Source of the DNA: an uncultured beta proteobacterium
Lineage (GTDB): Bacteria; Pseudomonadota; Gammaproteobacteria; Burkholderiales; Rhodocyclaceae
Length of the DNA: 27,321 nt
Direction of reading: 5' to 3'
NCBI GenBank assembly: GCA_903953145.1
Contig: CAJBIL010000077.1
Coordinates: 1-27,321, forward strand
How positions within the stretch are numbered: the stretch's first letter is position 1; each line of letters begins with the position of its first letter. The notes under the pieces were generated by a model. It searched no databases. It had not been told where the DNA came from and saw only the letters and a list, made by a program, of their open reading frames with translations. A program made the position numbers and the translations under genes. Below, piece by piece: positions 1 to 12,281 of this stretch.

Positions 1-1623
1 ACGCTGGATCGAGACCTATAAAAAGCCGGTAATTTCGCAGAGTGGCAAACTATTCGGCACTGTCGGTTTCGCGCGTGATGTTACTGACCGCAAGGAAATG
101 CAGCGCGCACTAAGTGCCAGCCAGGAGCGCTGGGAACTTGCCGTCATCAGCACTAACGACGGGATCTGGGACTGGAACACGGCGACTGGTGATGTCTATT
201 TTTCGACGCGCTCGAAGACCATGCTTGGATACAACGAAGACGAGTTGAGCGATAACGTGAGTGCCTGGGAAGAGCGTATCCACCCGGACGACGAAGAGCG
301 CGTGCTTGCCGAATTGCAGCAACATTTGCATGGCAAAACAGCGTTCTATCAGTGCGAATACCGTTTGCGCTGCAAGGATGGCAGTTACAAGTGGATTCTG
401 GCCCGTGGCCGCGCCTCGTTTGACACGGAAGGTGTCGCTGTTCGCATGTCCGGTTCGCACACCGACATCTCTGAGCAGCGCCAGGCGCAAGCCGAATTGC
501 ACGACAGAACCGAACAGCTGAATGCCATTTTCGAGTTAAGCCCGGATGGCTTCGTTTCGTTCAACGATGCACGCCGGGTCAAATATGCAAGCCCGGCATT
601 TACCCGCATGACCGGGATTGACCTGCGCCAGATTGACGGCCTTGGGGAGCAGGATTTCTCAGAATACCTCGCGCAACTTTGCCTTACTGGTGCACGTTTC
701 CGGGGGGTTCAGGTGCTGCGCGAAAATAGTGCTAACGATAAGTCCGGAAAAAGGGAATTTATCGAACTGTCGCAGGCCGGTAAGCGTGTTCTCGAAGTCG
801 GCTTGCGTGCAAGCGATGCGAGCAGCGTTTCACAGATTCTCTATTTCCGGGACGTGACGCACGAGACTGAAGTTGATCAGATGAAAAGCGAGTTCCTGTC
901 CACTGCCGCACACGAACTGCGAACGCCGATGGCCAGTATCTATGGCTTTGCCGAAGTGCTGCTTACTCAGGAGCTTGACGATGCCAGCTGCAAGGAGTTT
1001 CTGACGATCATCTTCAATCAGTCTGAATTGATGTCGTCAATCCTGAACGAACTGCTCGACCTCGCGCGCATCGAAGCGCGCCGGGGCAAGGATTTTGTGA
1101 TTGCAGAGACACAGGTGCAGACCCTGGTGAATGAAGTGGTGAGCGGATTCAAGCTGCCCTCAGGGCGATCGGCACCGACGCTTTCCATGCCCGCCACGCC
1201 CCTGTATGTCATGGCCGACTACAAAAAAGCACAACAGGCGATCCTCAATGTGCTGTCTAACGCCTATAAATATTCACCTGAAGGCGGCTCAGTGCGTATT
1301 GAGCTGATTGCGCCCGAAGCCAATACTGCCGCGACGCCGCGCACTGGTATTCGTCTGATCGACCAGGGGATCGGCATGACGTCAGCGCAACTTGCCCGTG
1401 TTTGCGAGCGCTTCTACCGTGCCGATACGTCGGGCAAGATTCCCGGCACCGGGTTGGGTATGAGTATCGTGCAGGAAATCGTCGGCCTGCATGGCGGCGA
1501 AGTGGTTATTGAAAGCGCAATCGGCAATGGCACGTCAGTGACCATCTGGCTGCCCGGCAAGAGCGCGCAGGCTGATACATCCATATCGCGGAGCCTGTTA
1601 CAGGTCGTCGCACCTTCAGGAAA

Positions 1624-1627
<4 letters not shown>
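1..1627 (+). CDS. Multi-PAS/PAC sensor histidine kinase, 5'-truncated by the window edge (PAC-PAS/PAC-PAS-like-HisKA-HATPase)
   Basis: The frame of ORF 98..1627 is open back to base 2 and reads RWIETYKKPVISQSGKLFGTVGFARDVTDRKEM (a PAC motif), so the real start is upstream. PAS_3-like WEERIHPDD and YRLRCKDGSYKWILARG; H-box AAHELRTPMASIYGF (His codon 911-913); N-box NVLSNAYKYS; G boxes DQGIGM and GTGLGM. Confidence 0.93.
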
Positions 1628-5886
<4,259 letters not shown>

Positions 5887-5893
5887 AAATCAA

Positions 5894-7120
5894 ATGACCA
5901 TGCTGATGAACCCACCATTGCGCCCGCCAGTACCGTATCCGAATCCGGCCAGTACTTTGATCCCCGCCGAAAAGCCCCGCGACACCGTACTGGTGATCGA
6001 CGATAGCCCGGAGATCCTCGGCATCATTAACGCACTGCTCAAGGATGACTACCGCCTGAAGGCGGCGAATGGCGGCGAGAAGGGGCTGCGGCTGGCCGTT
6101 AGCGAGCCGAAACCAGACATCATCTTGCTCGACATCATGATGCCGGACCTGAGTGGTCATGAAGTCTGCCGTCGTCTCAAGGCCGATCGTCTGACACGCG
6201 ACATTCCGGTCATTTTCCTGACGGCGATGAATAATGAGGCCGACGAGGAAACCGGCTTTGAACTGGGCGCCGTCGATTACATCGCAAAACCGATCAGTGG
6301 CCCGATCCTGCGCGCCCGGGTCAAGACTCAGCTAGGGGTAAAACTGGCGGCTGATTTCATCAAGGACAAAAACGTTTTTCTGGTCGGTGAGGTGTCCAAG
6401 CAGGCCAAGGAACTCGAATTCATCCAGGACGTAACTATTCTCGCCCTCGCCTCGCTGGCCGAAACACGCGACAACGAGACCGGCAACCACCTGCGTCGTA
6501 CCCAGCACTATGTGCGCGCGCTGGCGGTACACCTGCAGCGGCAACCGCACTTCTCTCATCTGCTGACACGGACCAACATCGAGCTGATTTTCAAGTCGGC
6601 GCCGCTGCATGACATCGGAAAAGTTGGCGTCCCCGACAGCATTCTGCTCAAGCCTGGCCGCCTGACTGCAGAGGAGTTCGAAGTTATGAAGTTGCACCCT
6701 GCACTAGGCAAGGAGGCGATTGAACACGCCGAACAGCAGATGGGTCGCAGCGCACCGTTTCTCCATTTTGCCAAGGAGATCGCCGGCAGCCACCAGGAAA
6801 AATGGGATGGTAGCGGCTATCCGGAAGGCCTGGCCGGCGAATCTATTCCTATCTCCGCACGACTGATGGCCGTCGCTGATGTGTATGACGCACTGGTTAG
6901 TCGCCGGGTCTACAAGCCGGGTATGTCGCACGAGGCTGCCAGCGAGATTATCCATGCGGGACGTGGCACGCACTTCGATCCCGAAATTGTGGATGCATTT
7001 GTCGATATTCAGGCGCAGTTTCGTGAGATTGCGGCACGTTTCAGTGACGATGCCGAAGCGAAAACAAACCCCGATACAAACGAAGATTTTGGCAAGGGCG
7101 TCGCCCGAGGCTGTGCATGA
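5894..7120 (+). CDS. REC + HD-GYP response regulator, putative c-di-GMP phosphodiesterase (RpfG-like)
   Basis: REC (VLVIDD, ILLDIMMP, IAKP) followed by RDNETGNH, LHDIGK, HQEKWDGSGYP, ADVYDAL. ATG 5894, 7 nt after the hybrid kinase stop, is preferred over the ORF-track start at 5837, which overlaps that kinase by 50 nt. Confidence 0.93.
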   Translation: MTMLMNPPLRPPVPYPNPASTLIPAEKPRDTVLVIDDSPEILGIINALLKDDYRLKAANGGEKGLRLAVSEPKPDIILLDIMMPDLSGHEVCRRLKADRLTRDIPVIFLTAMNNEADEETGFELGAVDYIAKPISGPILRARVKTQLGVKLAADFIKDKNVFLVGEVSKQAKELEFIQDVTILALASLAETRDNETGNHLRRTQHYVRALAVHLQRQPHFSHLLTRTNIELIFKSAPLHDIGKVGVPDSILLKPGRLTAEEFEVMKLHPALGKEAIEHAEQQMGRSAPFLHFAKEIAGSHQEKWDGSGYPEGLAGESIPISARLMAVADVYDALVSRRVYKPGMSHEAASEIIHAGRGTHFDPEIVDAFVDIQAQFREIAARFSDDAEAKTNPDTNEDFGKGVARGCA

Positions 7121-8016
7121 AAAAGATACTGATCGTAGAAGACCAAGCAAGCATCCGTAGGCTGCTTCGCCTTGCATTGCGCGACAGCTTTTCGCTGGAC
7201 GAAGCGAGCGAGGCCGATTCCGCCTATCAGCGAATACTTGCTGACCGCCCGGATGCAGTTGTGCTTGATGTGATGATGCCAGGCTCAATGAACGGGTATC
7301 AGTTGTGCGAGATGATCAAACGTGACCCTGCACTGGCAGATATTCATATCGTGCTGACTACGGCACGCGGCCAGGTGGCCGACCAGGAGTTCGGCCTTTC
7401 GCTCGGCGCCAACGCCTATTTTGTCAAACCATTCAGCCCGCTGGCACTGGCGCATCATTTGAGAGGTGCTTTGTTTGACGCTCCGGAAACGATGTCCGCT
7501 GCCGGCAAAACTGTTGCGGCTCATCAGGAAACCGAAAATGGCGCTCCCTTGCTTGGAGAATTTGAAGCTGCATGGGCGCACAGCCCATGGGCGATGGTTG
7601 CCATCGGTCGTGATGGCAATGTAAGTGCCGCGAATCCAGCTTTTGAGAGGCATACCGGGATGACCGGATCCGCCGTATTCGGCATGGGGGAGGCCGGACT
7701 CAGTGCGCTGTTCAGTTCGCTTTCACTCGAAAATTCGCGGGTCGAAACGAGTGGCAGTAATCTACGCGCAATCCATTACCTGAAAGAAGCGCCGGCAGGT
7801 AGAAACAACGAGCTGCAGCTGTCGCAGGTCGCTGAGCTACTGCGCGAACCGCTGGCCAGTATCTTCGGTTTTGCTGAACTGTTGCTGACGCAGAACTATG
7901 CCGAAGACGTCCGCCACGACCTGACGGAAACCCTGCTCAACCAGGTCGAAGCCATGTCGAACATCCTCAATGAGCGCCTGAACCTGACGCACAAGCCGAC
8001 ACCGGAGGTTCGTTGA
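7117..8016 (+). CDS. REC - degenerate PAS - DHp(HisKA)-like protein lacking the phospho-His and the HATPase domain
   Basis: Intact REC (IVEDQ, VLDVMMP, TTA, VKPF). HSPWAMVAI..AANPAFERHTGM resembles the PAS of the neighbouring kinases. The C-terminus VAELLREPLASIFGFAELLLTQ aligns to AAHELRTPMASIYGFAEVLLTQ. ATGA overlap with the upstream stop. Confidence 0.85.
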   Translation: MKKILIVEDQASIRRLLRLALRDSFSLDEASEADSAYQRILADRPDAVVLDVMMPGSMNGYQLCEMIKRDPALADIHIVLTTARGQVADQEFGLSLGANAYFVKPFSPLALAHHLRGALFDAPETMSAAGKTVAAHQETENGAPLLGEFEAAWAHSPWAMVAIGRDGNVSAANPAFERHTGMTGSAVFGMGEAGLSALFSSLSLENSRVETSGSNLRAIHYLKEAPAGRNNELQLSQVAELLREPLASIFGFAELLLTQNYAEDVRHDLTETLLNQVEAMSNILNERLNLTHKPTPEVR

Positions 8017-8221
8017 TGAGCGCCGTCTCCAGAAGGCAGTTAAATGCCAGCTTCGAGCGGCGCCCGGATAGCGGCAAGCTTCAGCTTTTCGTAAAACATG
8101 GCTGCAGAGCGCATGGATAGGCGATCTAGCATCAGCATGGCTGAAGATGCCCGTATTTGCTTGCGCTACAGCGTGCCACGTTATAGAACGCCAATTGGCG
8201 CGGCTTACAGAGGAGGTCTAA

Positions 8222-9109
8222 ATGCTTGATCGAGTTAAAAGCATGAATTCAAGGTTGCCTGGTTTTATCCTGTCGCTGTTACTCATCAGTTTTCCTGTTC
8301 TACTCAGCGCGCCTTTATCCGCTCAGGCACAAACCGCGCAAACTGGACAAAAATCACTGACGTTTGGCATCGTGCCGCAGCAATCTGCCAGCCGGCTGGC
8401 TGAAGAGTGGGGGCCGCTCTTTGCGGAGATCAGCAAGCGTTCCGGGGTCCCGCTGGTTTTCCGAACGGCGTCGAGTATTCCCATTTTCGAGGAGCGTCTG
8501 GCGCAGGGCGACTACGATCTGGCCTACATGAATCCTTACCATTACGTGGTCTTCCATTCGAGGGTTGGCTACCAGGCTTTTGCCAAGGAACAGGACCGGA
8601 AAATTCGAGGTATTCTGGTGGTAAGGAAAGATAGTTCCTATCAGAAACCTGGTGATCTAGCCGGAAAAACCGTGGTGTTTCCGGCACCGGCTGCCTTTGC
8701 CGCCAGTATCCTCCCGCAAGCCGAGTTCGGCCGGCTGAACATTCCCATCGATGCCCGTTTTGTTGCATCGCACGATTCGGTCTACCGCGCTGTCGCGTCC
8801 GGACTGCAAGCTGCTGGTGGTGGAATTCAGCGTACCTTCGAGGCAACGCCCCCGGAAATCCGAAATACACTGCGCATCCTGACCGAAACGCAGGCCTATA
8901 CCCCCCACGCTTTTGCCGCACATCCCCGAGTTCCACCTGAAGTCATTAACCGGGTATTGGCGGCGATGGCTTCTCTGGCCAATGACGAGGCCGGGCGACA
9001 TCTACTCGCACCACTGGCCTTCAAGGGCATCATGGCCGCGCAGAACAACGACTGGAACGATATCAGGGCACTCGACATCACGCTGCTTGAACGTTACGGC
9101 CGGCAGTGA
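8222..9109 (+). CDS. Periplasmic PhnD/phosphate-phosphonate-binding family protein (no ABC partners adjacent)
   Basis: AGGAGG RBS before the ATG; signal peptide ending LSAQA; motifs LTFGIVPQQS, DLAYMNPYHY, FPAPAAFAAS, SHDSV, PHAFAAHP that are typical of the family. Confidence 0.85.
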   Translation: MLDRVKSMNSRLPGFILSLLLISFPVLLSAPLSAQAQTAQTGQKSLTFGIVPQQSASRLAEEWGPLFAEISKRSGVPLVFRTASSIPIFEERLAQGDYDLAYMNPYHYVVFHSRVGYQAFAKEQDRKIRGILVVRKDSSYQKPGDLAGKTVVFPAPAAFAASILPQAEFGRLNIPIDARFVASHDSVYRAVASGLQAAGGGIQRTFEATPPEIRNTLRILTETQAYTPHAFAAHPRVPPEVINRVLAAMASLANDEAGRHLLAPLAFKGIMAAQNNDWNDIRALDITLLERYGRQ

Positions 9110-9145
9110 GTATTTGCCGAATCGCGTTAACGCATAAAATCAGCC

Positions 9146-10963
9146 ATGAACTTTCGCACTAAAACCATTCTCGGTGTGGCACTGATCGAAATGGTCTTGC
9201 TCGTCATTCTGGTCAGCAGTGCCCTGTCGATTCTGCGGGATTCCAACGAGGCCGAACTGACGCGTCGGGTGCAACTGGGCGGCCAACTACTTGCAGTCGC
9301 AGCCAAAGATGCGGTCATCTCGGAGGATCTGGCGACCCTCGACAGCCTCGTTGCCGAGGCGATGGCGTCGGGCCAGATTGCTTTCGTTCGCATCGTCGAC
9401 GCTGCTGGCGTGGTGCTTGCCGAGCGTGGCGACGCCTCCTTGCTTGCCCGCACCTTCCATCCGCAAGCGCATATTGATCAGGTAAGCGACGGCATCTTCG
9501 ACTGGGTTGCACCGATCATGGCGGGGCGCATTCAGCAGGGCGAGGTACGGCTTGGCGTGTCGACTGCGCCCATGAAAGGCCTTTTGGCCTCGGCTCAGCG
9601 CTGGGCAGCCGGCATTGCTGCAATGGAAATGGTGCTCGTCGCACTTTTTTCCTGGTTGCTCGGCAGCTATCTTGCCCGCCAACTGGTAGCGCTGCGTAGC
9701 GCCAGTTATCGCTTTGCCGCTGGCGATTTCGATTATCGCGTGCCGATCAAGGGTAATGACGATCTGGCACAGACTGCGCAGGCGTTCAACAGCATGGCGC
9801 AGCAACTGGGTGACAGCAATGAACTGCTGCGTACCGAGAATATGATGCGCCAGGATGCGCAATTAGTGGCTGAACGGGCTCAGGCCTGGGCCGAGGACAA
9901 AAGCGAGCAACTAACGGCTATTTTTGCCTTGAGTCCCGACGGCTTTGTTTCCTTCGATATGCAGCGTCGTGTCAAGTACGCCAGCCCGGCCTTCATGCGC
10001 CTGACCGGGTTGACCGAGTCCGAAATTGTCGGGCTCGACGAAAGTATGTTTTCAGAACGACTTGCGCGTGAATGTACCTCTCCGGCAAGCTTTCCAGGCA
10101 TTTCAGCACTGCGCAGTGCACAAAGAATCAGCACTTCCAGCGCGCAGCGTCAGACGATCGAAATCGCGGGCGCTGGCAAGCGCATCCTGGAAATTGGCCT
10201 GCGTGTATCCCAGGCAGGTACCGTCACGCAGATTCTCTATCTGCGCGATATCACCCATGAATCGGAAGTCGACCGTCTGAAGAGTGAATTTCTTTCGATG
10301 GCTGCGCATGAACTGCGGACACCGATGGCGTCCATCTATGGGTTCACCGAGTTGATGCTGACGCAGGCGTTTACACCAGAGGAGTGCAACGAATTTCTGG
10401 AGACAATTTTCCGACAATCGGAACTGATGATTTCAATCATCAATGAACTGCTCGACCTGGCCCGAATCGAGGCACGTCGCGGTACGGATTTCAGTATTGA
10501 GTCAATCGACCTGTGCGAACTGTTGCCCAAGATCATTACAGGTTTCCGGGCACCAAACGGTAGGGACTCTCCCGAATTACGAGTCGCCGTCGGTTCACAG
10601 TGTATTCGCGCCGACCGAAATAAACTGACCCAGGCTGTGCTTAACGTCCTCTCGAATGCCTACAAGTATTCGCCCGAGCGTAGCGCCGTAAGCGTTGAGC
10701 TGACGCCAATTGCCCCCGGCACATCGCTGAGTGGCATCCGCATCACCGATCACGGCATCGGAATGACGCCGGCGCAATGTGCCCGTATCTTTGAGCGCTT
10801 TTACCGCGTCGATACGTCCGGCAAAATTCCGGGCACCGGGCTGGGCATGAGCATCGTCCATGAAATTGTCCAGTTGCATGGCGGCCAGGTTGAAATTACC
10901 AGTCAGATCGGGGTTGGCAGCACTGTTACCCTCTGGTTTCCTACCCCGGTTGTTCCGTCTTGA
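9146..10963 (+). CDS. Membrane HAMP-PAS sensor histidine kinase
   Basis: Two TM segments around a periplasmic domain; HAMP (FAAGDFDYRVPIKGNDDLAQTAQAFNSM); PAS LSPDGFVSF; H-box AAHELRTPMASIYGF (His codon 10307-10309); NVLSNAYKYS; DHGIGM; GTGLGM. Confidence 0.94.
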   Translation: MNFRTKTILGVALIEMVLLVILVSSALSILRDSNEAELTRRVQLGGQLLAVAAKDAVISEDLATLDSLVAEAMASGQIAFVRIVDAAGVVLAERGDASLLARTFHPQAHIDQVSDGIFDWVAPIMAGRIQQGEVRLGVSTAPMKGLLASAQRWAAGIAAMEMVLVALFSWLLGSYLARQLVALRSASYRFAAGDFDYRVPIKGNDDLAQTAQAFNSMAQQLGDSNELLRTENMMRQDAQLVAERAQAWAEDKSEQLTAIFALSPDGFVSFDMQRRVKYASPAFMRLTGLTESEIVGLDESMFSERLARECTSPASFPGISALRSAQRISTSSAQRQTIEIAGAGKRILEIGLRVSQAGTVTQILYLRDITHESEVDRLKSEFLSMAAHELRTPMASIYGFTELMLTQAFTPEECNEFLETIFRQSELMISIINELLDLARIEARRGTDFSIESIDLCELLPKIITGFRAPNGRDSPELRVAVGSQCIRADRNKLTQAVLNVLSNAYKYSPERSAVSVELTPIAPGTSLSGIRITDHGIGMTPAQCARIFERFYRVDTSGKIPGTGLGMSIVHEIVQLHGGQVEITSQIGVGSTVTLWFPTPVVPS

Positions 10964-11436
10964 TCTTGCCTGGGCAAAGCTGTAATTGCAAAAATCCAGT
11001 CGGCGTGGTGCAAGCTGCCGCTTAATGCGGCCAGTTCAGTCGGGAAGTTCTCGCGTTTTAATGTTGGCGTATTGCTCAGACTATGTATGCCGAGGATGCG
11101 CTGGTCAGGACCGCGAACGACTCCCCATTCCGCTTTTCCGGTGAATGGATCGTAATAAATACGCCGTAAGTGGCGTTTGATGCCAGGGTGTCGAGGGTCA
11201 CGCAGCAATTCCTCTAGCGCAGCGGGTGTGTTGGGCAGGCCGTTGGGCGTTGCCTCGGCGTACGACTGAAGTGCGTTGCGAAACTCCAGACCGATGGCTA
11301 GCAATTCGGTTTCTGCACCGCGTTGTTGCAGGGTTTGTGCAACGTTCAATCCAACCGCCGATAAGCCCCCAATTAGCGCGATGGCCAGTAATAACGCTAT
11401 GTAAATCATGCCGGTTTGTCGTTTGAGGGCGGGCAT
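10903..11436 (-). CDS. GspK/PilX-like minor pseudopilin (no Glu+5)
   Basis: Prepilin-like N-terminus RQTG|MIYIALLLAIALIGG lacking E5; LEELLRDPR..RHLRRIYYDPF similar to the adjacent pilins; last gene of the coupled operon. Confidence 0.75.
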   Translation of the reverse strand: MPALKRQTGMIYIALLLAIALIGGLSAVGLNVAQTLQQRGAETELLAIGLEFRNALQSYAEATPNGLPNTPAALEELLRDPRHPGIKRHLRRIYYDPFTGKAEWGVVRGPDQRILGIHSLSNTPTLKRENFPTELAALSGSLHHADWIFAITALPRQDQDGTTGVGNQRVTVLPTPI

Positions 11437-11439
11437 GAG

Positions 11440-11811
11440 TTACCAACTGGAAAACCGACGACCATCACGCCCGATGCCGGGTGCTGCACTATGCAGATCA
11501 GAAACTTTTCCTCCGTTGGGCGGGAGAGGCTCGCTTAGCAGCCATTGGCGACTACTTTCCAGAATGGGGTCGATCGGTAGATTTTTCAGATAGCGGCGTG
11601 AAACCAGTTCATCCAGCGAGTCCGGGTAGCGTCCACGATCAGCATGAAATTGCTCCAGTGCATCGCGTGTCAGGCGCAGGTTTTCAGCGAGGACATTTTC
11701 GCGATGACGCTCAACATATTGCGCATAGCGTGGCATGGCCAGCGCGGATAGCAGGGCAACGATAGCCAGTACCACCAAGAGTTCGATCAGCGTGAATCCG
11801 CGTGCCATCAC
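11440..11811 (-). CDS. GspG-like minor pseudopilin
   Basis: Class III signal ARG|FTLIELLVVLAIVALL; YPDSLDELV..YLKNLPIDP. Confidence 0.88.
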   Translation of the reverse strand: MMARGFTLIELLVVLAIVALLSALAMPRYAQYVERHRENVLAENLRLTRDALEQFHADRGRYPDSLDELVSRRYLKNLPIDPILESSRQWLLSEPLPPNGGKVSDLHSAAPGIGRDGRRFSSW

Positions 11812-12281
11812 CAGTCTCTGTATGGCACGTTGTTCAGCCCCGACCGGGGAGAGCGGGAATGAATGTCATAGATGTCGGAGCCTTCCTTCGGGTCATTGGA
11901 TTCGCTGGTATAACTGCGCAGTCCCCACGTCTTTTCAGCGTCGATTGCGACGTCAGGAAACATAGGGTCTCGCGGTAAACGGCGTAAAAAGCGGATTTTT
12001 TGTCGTTTTGGGTGCTTTTCGTCACCAATGCCATCGACCAAAACCTGCAAACTGGCCGGATAGCCGTTGGCGGTGCTATCACGTGGCAAGCGACCTTCAT
12101 CGGCGGCGCGTTTATAGGCGTCGATGGCATTGCGAATTTCGCGCAGGGCAAGGCGCAATTCCTGCTCCTTGCTGCGCTGAACGCTGATTTGCGCCATCGG
12201 TACGACCAGCGTAGCGAGTACGGCAATGATGGCGAGGGTTACCATCATTTCAATCAGCGTAAAGCCGTGTCGGAATTTCAT
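11808..12281 (-). CDS. GspG-like minor pseudopilin
   Basis: Class III signal RHG|FTLIEMMVTLAII; YPASLQVLV..FLRRLPRDP; 4-bp overlap with the next gene. Confidence 0.88.
   Translation of the reverse strand: MKFRHGFTLIEMMVTLAIIAVLATLVVPMAQISVQRSKEQELRLALREIRNAIDAYKRAADEGRLPRDSTANGYPASLQVLVDGIGDEKHPKRQKIRFLRRLPRDPMFPDVAIDAEKTWGLRSYTSESNDPKEGSDIYDIHSRSPRSGLNNVPYRDW

Noticed and set aside
8040-8182. TGGCACG sigma54 -24-like element on the minus strand followed by a 32-codon ORF (MLMLDRLSMRSAAMFYEKLKLAAIRAPLEAGI) faintly like an IS5-type transposase tail
   Set aside because: The -12 GC is at 9 or 11 nt rather than 10, there is no RBS or inverted repeat, and the similarity is only a few residues.
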